Assembly: GCA_045632205.1 (NCBI GenBank)
Contig: JAZQWH010000002.1
Location: 1-42,682, forward strand
From: Eubacteriales bacterium
GTDB taxonomy: Bacteria; Bacillota; Clostridia; Oscillospirales; CAG-272
DNA length: 42,682 nt
Direction of reading: 5' to 3'
Below the pieces are notes generated by a model that was given only the letters and a program-made list of their open reading frames with translations, was not told the DNA's origin and ran no database searches. Shown in pieces: positions 37,487 through 42,682 of this stretch; position 1 is the stretch's first letter; each line of letters starts with the position of its first letter. A program made the position numbers and the translations under genes.

Positions 37487-38439
37487 AAGACCGTAAGATA
37501 TTTATTGTTGGATGCGGTTCTATCGGAAAAAGACATGCGGAATGTCTTTTTGAGTTGGGTATTAAAAGATTTGTATTTTTTGACCCCGATGCTGAAAAAA
37601 TGGCAGAGCTTGCAAAAATATATGACGGAGAAACAGTAGCTTCCTTTGATGAAGGGCTTGATACCGATGCGGATTGTGTCTATATACTTTCCCCGACCCG
37701 TTGTCACGTAGAGCAGGCATTTGCGGCTGTAATGCATGGAAAGCACGTTTTCCTTGAAAAGCCTTTGTCGGATTCTCTTGACGGAATTGACGAGCTTTCC
37801 TCTCTTGCTCAGGAAAAAGGTATAACCGTTGAAGTGGGATTCTGCTTCAGATTTCACGAAGGTATTTGTGAACTTAAACGCCGTCTTGATAACAAAGAGA
37901 TCGGGAAGCTTGTCTCTATTCGCGCTATGATGGGAGAGCATTTTCCCGATGTGCGGCCCGATTATTTATCAACGTATTACGTTAAGTATTCGGGAGCATT
38001 TGAGCTTATACACGATCTCGACCTTGCAATATATCTTGCGGGAGAAGAGCCTGTATCATGTAACGGATTTTTCGGTTCGTACGGCGAGCTTGGCTTTGAG
38101 TCTCCTGATACGGTTGAAATATCGGTTAAATTTCCGAGTTGTCTTGCAAATGTACATCTTGACTTTTTCCAGTCTCCGCGTACCCGTACTATGACACTGC
38201 TTGGTACTAACGGACAGATGGTGCTTACCTTCTCTACATGGGATGAATATGAGTTAAAAATATATACGCGAGAAAAAGGGAAGTGGGAAACCGTTTGCGC
38301 AAATACACGGCGTAACGATATGTTTAAGGCTGAGTCGCTTAACTTCTTTGGTGCAATAGACGGAACTCAAAAAAATCTTTGCCCTATTTCCGAAGCAAAA
38401 AAATCGCTTGTCGTATGTAAAACGGTTAATCCGAGTTAA
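37477..38439 (+). CDS. Gfo/Idh/MocA family oxidoreductase
   Basis: VGCGSIGKRH, HVFLEKP, ELIHDLD. Confidence 0.9.
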   Translation: MAVKDRKIFIVGCGSIGKRHAECLFELGIKRFVFFDPDAEKMAELAKIYDGETVASFDEGLDTDADCVYILSPTRCHVEQAFAAVMHGKHVFLEKPLSDSLDGIDELSSLAQEKGITVEVGFCFRFHEGICELKRRLDNKEIGKLVSIRAMMGEHFPDVRPDYLSTYYVKYSGAFELIHDLDLAIYLAGEEPVSCNGFFGSYGELGFESPDTVEISVKFPSCLANVHLDFFQSPRTRTMTLLGTNGQMVLTFSTWDEYELKIYTREKGKWETVCANTRRNDMFKAESLNFFGAIDGTQKNLCPISEAKKSLVVCKTVNPS

Positions 38440-38443
38440 TAAA

Positions 38444-38483
38444 AAAGGCAATATCAAACCGCTATGGAATGATATTGCCTTTT
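38444..38483. terminator. Bidirectional terminator attached to spoIVB fragment 3
   Basis: AAAGGCAATATCA...TGATATTGCCTTTT; identical copy at 42621-42660. Confidence 0.8.
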
Positions 38484-38487
38484 ATTT

Positions 38488-38630
38488 TTACGACGCCTTC
38501 GCCATGGGCATATTTGCCGCATTTAGCATATTTTCAATGAAAATCCCATACCCCGTGGTGGGGTCGTTGATAAGCACGTGCGTGACCGCACCGACGAGCT
38601 TGCCGTCTTGGATGATTGGGCTGCCGCTCA
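38488..38630 (-). pseudogene. spoIVB: spoIVB 3' fragment, copy 3
   Basis: Translates [46 protein letters not shown]. Confidence 0.9.
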
Positions 38631-38655
38631 GTAGTGTGGTCAAGAAAGGACAACA
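38629..38655 (-). mobile_element. Putative att junction (core TG + conserved arm)
   Basis: CAGTAGTGTGGTCAAGAAAGGACAACA, 2 mismatches versus 35557-35583. Confidence 0.7.
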
Positions 38656-38669
38656 ATTTTTTGAAAATT

Positions 38670-39434
38670 TTATATCTTGTTTTTTTTTCTGTACTTTTGA
38701 GGAGAGATACTGTAATGTTGCTTGAACATTTTTGAAAACAGAAGCGCATCGTCATAGCCTACAGATTTTGCGATCAGTGAAATATCTTCATCTGTATCAA
38801 TGAGCAAAAAAGCTGCTCGCTCCATTCTGATTTTTTGCAGGTATTGCTTGGGTGAAATGCACACCTGTTGAACAAATATTGTACGGATATAATTTTTGTT
38901 CAAGTAAAATTTTTTCGCTATTTCCTCTATGGTAAGCTTTTTATAGTAATTTTCTTTAATGAATTTTGCAATGCATTCAACGTGCTGCCTGGGCATGCTT
39001 TTGGTTAAGGCTATCGGATATTCTTTCTTGAATAAAAGAAAAATGGCATTTGCAATTATTTTTTTTGCGGTTGGATCGCCATCGTATGACAACTTTTGAT
39101 AAAGGGATAAAATCTGAAAAAGACTTTCCGTATCGGAGAACGGTACTACTGATAAGCCTAAATTGAAATTATGCTCTTGAAACGCCTTTTTTATTTCATC
39201 ACCCATTAATCTTACGTAAATGTAACTCCAAGGATCGTTTTTTGAGGGATAATAATTCATTCTGTTATTCTCAAAAGATATGAAAACGGTACCCGTTGTG
39301 ACTTTTTGACCGTTAATATATCCCTCTCCCGATAACACGAAGTGAAGTACCGAATATGGAATAATACAATCAATTTTAGTTTTATCAGGGGCACACTGCT
39401 CAAAAGCCATATCAGTGGTGTAAATGTTATACAT
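38670..39434 (-). CDS. AraC family transcriptional regulator (AT-rich cassette C)
   Basis: [11 protein letters not shown]...DPW.Y.Y, HTH ([18 protein letters not shown]...SP). Confidence 0.9.
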   Translation of the reverse strand: MYNIYTTDMAFEQCAPDKTKIDCIIPYSVLHFVLSGEGYINGQKVTTGTVFISFENNRMNYYPSKNDPWSYIYVRLMGDEIKKAFQEHNFNLGLSVVPFSDTESLFQILSLYQKLSYDGDPTAKKIIANAIFLLFKKEYPIALTKSMPRQHVECIAKFIKENYYKKLTIEEIAKKFYLNKNYIRTIFVQQVCISPKQYLQKIRMERAAFLLIDTDEDISLIAKSVGYDDALLFSKMFKQHYSISPQKYRKKNKI

Positions 39435-39550
39435 AAGCTGACCTCCGCACCATTAATAGTGTTATTATAACATATAAAACAGTTGTTTTGCAATAGAAAA
39501 AATTGATTTTTCCATTATAATGGACAAAAATACATCAGGAGAGATAACTT

Positions 39551-42500
39551 ATGGGAACATTTGAAGATCAAAGATTGTATAATCCTGAATTTATACAAGA
39601 AAACAGACTTGCTCCGAGAGCTACTGTAATTCCATCACTTCATAAAGGAGTTTTTTATAAAAACAGGTTGGAGTCAGAGCTGATACTTGACCTTAACGGA
39701 GACTACAGATTTTGCTGGTGTGAAAAAGACAATATTAAGGATTTTTACAGAAGCGACTATGATGACAGGGAATGGGATATTCTGCCCGTGCCTTCAATGT
39801 GGCAATATCACGGATATTCCGAACCGCTGTACCCAAACGTAAGATACCCAATTCCTTTAGTTCCACCTTACGTGGGAAATTATAATCCCGTTGGATACTA
39901 CAGAAAAGTCTTCAAGACAAGCAAAGGCGGGCGAAAAATTCTTTATTTTGGCGGCGTTGATTGCGCATTTTTCGTTTATCTTAACGGCGAATACGTAGGA
40001 TTTTCAAAGGGGAGCCGAATGCCTGCGGAATTTGACGTTACAGAGATTATTTGCGAGGGTGAAAATCTCCTTGCCGTCAAGGTATTCACCTACTCGGACG
40101 GAACCTATCTTGAAAATCAGGATATGCTTCTCGCCAGCGGAATTTTCAGAGATGTTATGCTCTATACCTTGAATGGTACCTATATATGGGATTACCGCAT
40201 AAAAGCTAAAGGCGACTCTATATATGCAGATATAAATTTGGGCGGAAATATTCTCTCTGATGCAAGCGTAAGAGTTTCGGTTGACGGTATGACGCAAACG
40301 GTCAACGCAAAAAAGAACGTATCCTTTGAATTTGCCATAGAAACTCCCATTTGTTGGAATGCAGAGCAGCCTCACACCTATGAGGTTGTAATAGAATTGC
40401 TTCAAAACGATGCAGTTTTAGAAATTCATACGAAGAAGGTAGGATTTGCTGAATTTGAAATTGTTAAAAACAAGATACTTCTTAACGGTAGTCAGATAAC
40501 CCTTAAGGGTATAAACCGCCACGAGCACGACCCAAGGAACGGTCGCGCCATCACGGTAGAGCGTATTGAACGTGAGTTAAAGCTTATCAAGGACCACAAT
40601 ATGAACGCCATACGTTGCGCCCATTATCCCAACAATCCCGCCTTTTATGAAATGTGTACCGAACTTGGAATATACGTTATGAATGAAGCCGACATTGAAA
40701 CTCACGGAGCGCACACGTGCGGTGACATGGGATATTTCTCAAAGCAGCCCCGGTGGTATCAGGCGTATATTGACAGAGTCAGCCGTATGTATGAAAGAGA
40801 CAAAAACGAAAGCTGTATATCAATATGGACTCTCGGAAATGAAAACGGCAACGGAGAAAATCTTTACAGATGCTTTGAATATCTGAAAGCAAAGGTTGGA
40901 AAGACCCCGGTTATGCATACGGGTGATAACGGACATGAACCGAAGATAAGCGAATTCCGCGCATGCGGATACCAAACCATGGAAACCCTTATGAGTTTCC
41001 CCACCGATGGAAATCCCGTAATGATGCTGGAATACGGACACGCCATGGGCAACAGTCCGGGACTTATGAAGGACACCTGGGATTACGTATACCGTAACAG
41101 ACATATCTGCGGTGGATACGTCTGGGAGTTCAAGAACCACGGATTTTACAGTGAGGACGCCGACGGAAACGTCTTTTACAAGTACGGTGGAGATTTTTCG
41201 GGTGAAGTCTACCATTGGTCTAATTTCTCTATGGACGGTTACTGTACCTCTGACGGTACTCCAAAGGCTACACTCAAAGAATGTAAAAACGTCCTTGCGC
41301 CTACCTATGTTTCCTACAAGGATGGAAAGATAATGCTTATGAATACTAACGATTTCCGTTCTCTTGATTATCTTACGCTTAAGTGGGAGCTTGCGGAGGA
41401 TTACCTTCCAATAAAATCCGGTGAAATGAAGCTTCCGCCTATCGCACCTTATAATAGTGCCGAGCTGAATATTGATACGAGCGTCAGCGAGCCCGTTGCG
41501 GGCGCTGAATATTTTGCCAATCTGCGGTTCTATGACGAGTTCGGCCTTGAAGTTGCCTATAAGCAGGTATCTCTTGGAATTAAGAAGGAAAAGGAAGAGT
41601 ATGTATCAGTAAAGGCGAGTGTTCAGATCGAGGAAACGAATAGTGAAATAACACTGAAAAATGATGCCTTTACGCTAAAGATCGCCAATGGACTTATCTC
41701 ATACTTACAAAAGAATAACAAGGTTATACTTAGTAAACCCGTAAAGCTTAATCTGTACCGCGCCCCCATAGATAATGATGGTATCGTTAAATTCAGCGAA
41801 CGATGGATAAAAGAGTGGCAAAAAGCTCTGTACCGCCATTTTGAGCTGATGCCCTTGAATATAAGCACAGAAAGGCAGAACGACGGTTCGGTTTCGGTGA
41901 GCGTAGTAGGTAAGTGGACTCCGCCTTCTGCCTACGAAGGCTTTGATATTGATATAGTCTATACGGTATACGGAAACGGAGATATATTCGTAAATATTCA
42001 CGGAAAGCCTTACGGAAAATTTGCGGAAACGGTTCCAAGAATAGGTCTCGTGTTTACTCTTGATAAGACTATGTCCCGGGCGCTCTGGTACGGACGTGGA
42101 GAGGATGAATGTTACGTTGACAGCTGTGAGCATTGTAATTTCGGACTGTATGAAAAGAATATTGAAGATATGAATTTCCTTTACGATATCCCTCAGGAAA
42201 ACGGAACGAGAGTAGACACTCGCTTCGTCAAGGTTGGAAATAATAAAATTTCGCTGTCCGTTATAGGATCAAATAGCTTTGCATTCTCTTATCACGATTT
42301 TGACTTGGAGAATCTTATAAGCGCAAGACACCGCAATGAGTTGAATAAGTCGGACGAGAATTATCTGTATATTGATTATGCCATGCGCGGTCTCGGAAGT
42401 AAGTCCTGCGGTCCCGACCCCGAGGAGTGCTATGAGCTTCGCGCTCACGAATTCAGATTTGCCTTTCTTTTATCAACGTGTTCAAAGGAAGGCGAGCTCT

Positions 42501-42610
42501 TGACACAGTATCGTAAAAGATTCAGTGCGAAAACTGAAAAGCTTGGCGAAACACATATTTTTGCTCCCCAAAAGGATAGTATAAATATTGTGGAATGTAA
42601 TAAAGATTGA
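39551..42610 (+). CDS. lacZ: GH2 beta-galactosidase (LacZ/EbgA-like)
   Basis: 1019 aa; YLENQDM...SGIFRDV, KGINRHEH, RCAHYP, WTLGNE (acid/base), EYGHAMGNS (nucleophile), PQENG.R. Confidence 0.88.
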   Translation: MGTFEDQRLYNPEFIQENRLAPRATVIPSLHKGVFYKNRLESELILDLNGDYRFCWCEKDNIKDFYRSDYDDREWDILPVPSMWQYHGYSEPLYPNVRYPIPLVPPYVGNYNPVGYYRKVFKTSKGGRKILYFGGVDCAFFVYLNGEYVGFSKGSRMPAEFDVTEIICEGENLLAVKVFTYSDGTYLENQDMLLASGIFRDVMLYTLNGTYIWDYRIKAKGDSIYADINLGGNILSDASVRVSVDGMTQTVNAKKNVSFEFAIETPICWNAEQPHTYEVVIELLQNDAVLEIHTKKVGFAEFEIVKNKILLNGSQITLKGINRHEHDPRNGRAITVERIERELKLIKDHNMNAIRCAHYPNNPAFYEMCTELGIYVMNEADIETHGAHTCGDMGYFSKQPRWYQAYIDRVSRMYERDKNESCISIWTLGNENGNGENLYRCFEYLKAKVGKTPVMHTGDNGHEPKISEFRACGYQTMETLMSFPTDGNPVMMLEYGHAMGNSPGLMKDTWDYVYRNRHICGGYVWEFKNHGFYSEDADGNVFYKYGGDFSGEVYHWSNFSMDGYCTSDGTPKATLKECKNVLAPTYVSYKDGKIMLMNTNDFRSLDYLTLKWELAEDYLPIKSGEMKLPPIAPYNSAELNIDTSVSEPVAGAEYFANLRFYDEFGLEVAYKQVSLGIKKEKEEYVSVKASVQIEETNSEITLKNDAFTLKIANGLISYLQKNNKVILSKPVKLNLYRAPIDNDGIVKFSERWIKEWQKALYRHFELMPLNISTERQNDGSVSVSVVGKWTPPSAYEGFDIDIVYTVYGNGDIFVNIHGKPYGKFAETVPRIGLVFTLDKTMSRALWYGRGEDECYVDSCEHCNFGLYEKNIEDMNFLYDIPQENGTRVDTRFVKVGNNKISLSVIGSNSFAFSYHDFDLENLISARHRNELNKSDENYLYIDYAMRGLGSKSCGPDPEECYELRAHEFRFAFLLSTCSKEGELLTQYRKRFSAKTEKLGETHIFAPQKDSINIVECNKD

Positions 42611-42620
42611 CTTAAATATC

Positions 42621-42682
42621 AAAGGCAATATCAAACCGCTATGGAATGATATTGCCTTTTATTTTTACGACGCCTTCGCCAT
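42621..42682 (-). repeat. Terminator + spoIVB 3' end, copy 4 (cut by window edge)
   Basis: 62 bp identical to 38444-38505 (encodes ...MAKAS*). Confidence 0.9.

Noticed and set aside
38408-38755. ORF-track calls 38408-38725 (+) and 38534-38755 (-), also 31313-32095 (+)
   Set aside because: Antisense or wrong-frame readings of the spoIVB fragments; the meaningful frame is SGSPIIQ...MAKAS on the minus strand.
31888-42682. CRISPR or DGR interpretation of the repeats
   Set aside because: Repeats are 120-170 bp, kilobases apart and protein-coding; there is no cas or reverse transcriptase, and differences are mostly synonymous rather than adenine-specific.
1-42682. Integrase, transposase, rRNA or tRNA genes
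   Set aside because: No serine/tyrosine recombinase, DDE/HUH or RNA-gene signature recognised in the window.

Overview
Carbohydrate-catabolism accessory region, most likely from an anaerobic Clostridia-class Firmicute. This assignment is inferred from the sigma-A promoters, GGAGG RBSs, glycyl radical enzymes, a SipW/TasA-type signal peptide and spoIVB remnants. The window is built almost entirely of small modules of an AraC regulator plus catabolic gene(s): 9 AraC-type HTH proteins, sialidase-like BNR proteins, GH20/GH89-like/GH2/GHL6-like hydrolases, sugar kinase/isomerase/aldolase genes, and two glycyl-radical-enzyme/activase pairs. The most striking signal is not in the ORF track. The last 11 kb contain four same-orientation copies of the 3' end of the sporulation protease gene spoIVB ([34 protein letters not shown]..., minus strand, at about 31.9, 35.5, 38.5 and 42.7 kb). 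Two copies are joined, exactly at the TG before the catalytic Ser codon, to a shared ~24-bp non-spoIVB arm (GTTGTCC.T.CTTGACCACACTAC). These junctions delimit 3-4 kb recombinase-free sugar-utilisation units, and one junction coincides with an abrupt GC shift. The pattern suggests an integron-like tandem cassette array accreting at spoIVB. This is inference: no recombinase or intact spoIVB is visible in the window. All product calls come from motif recognition by eye; no database searches were run.
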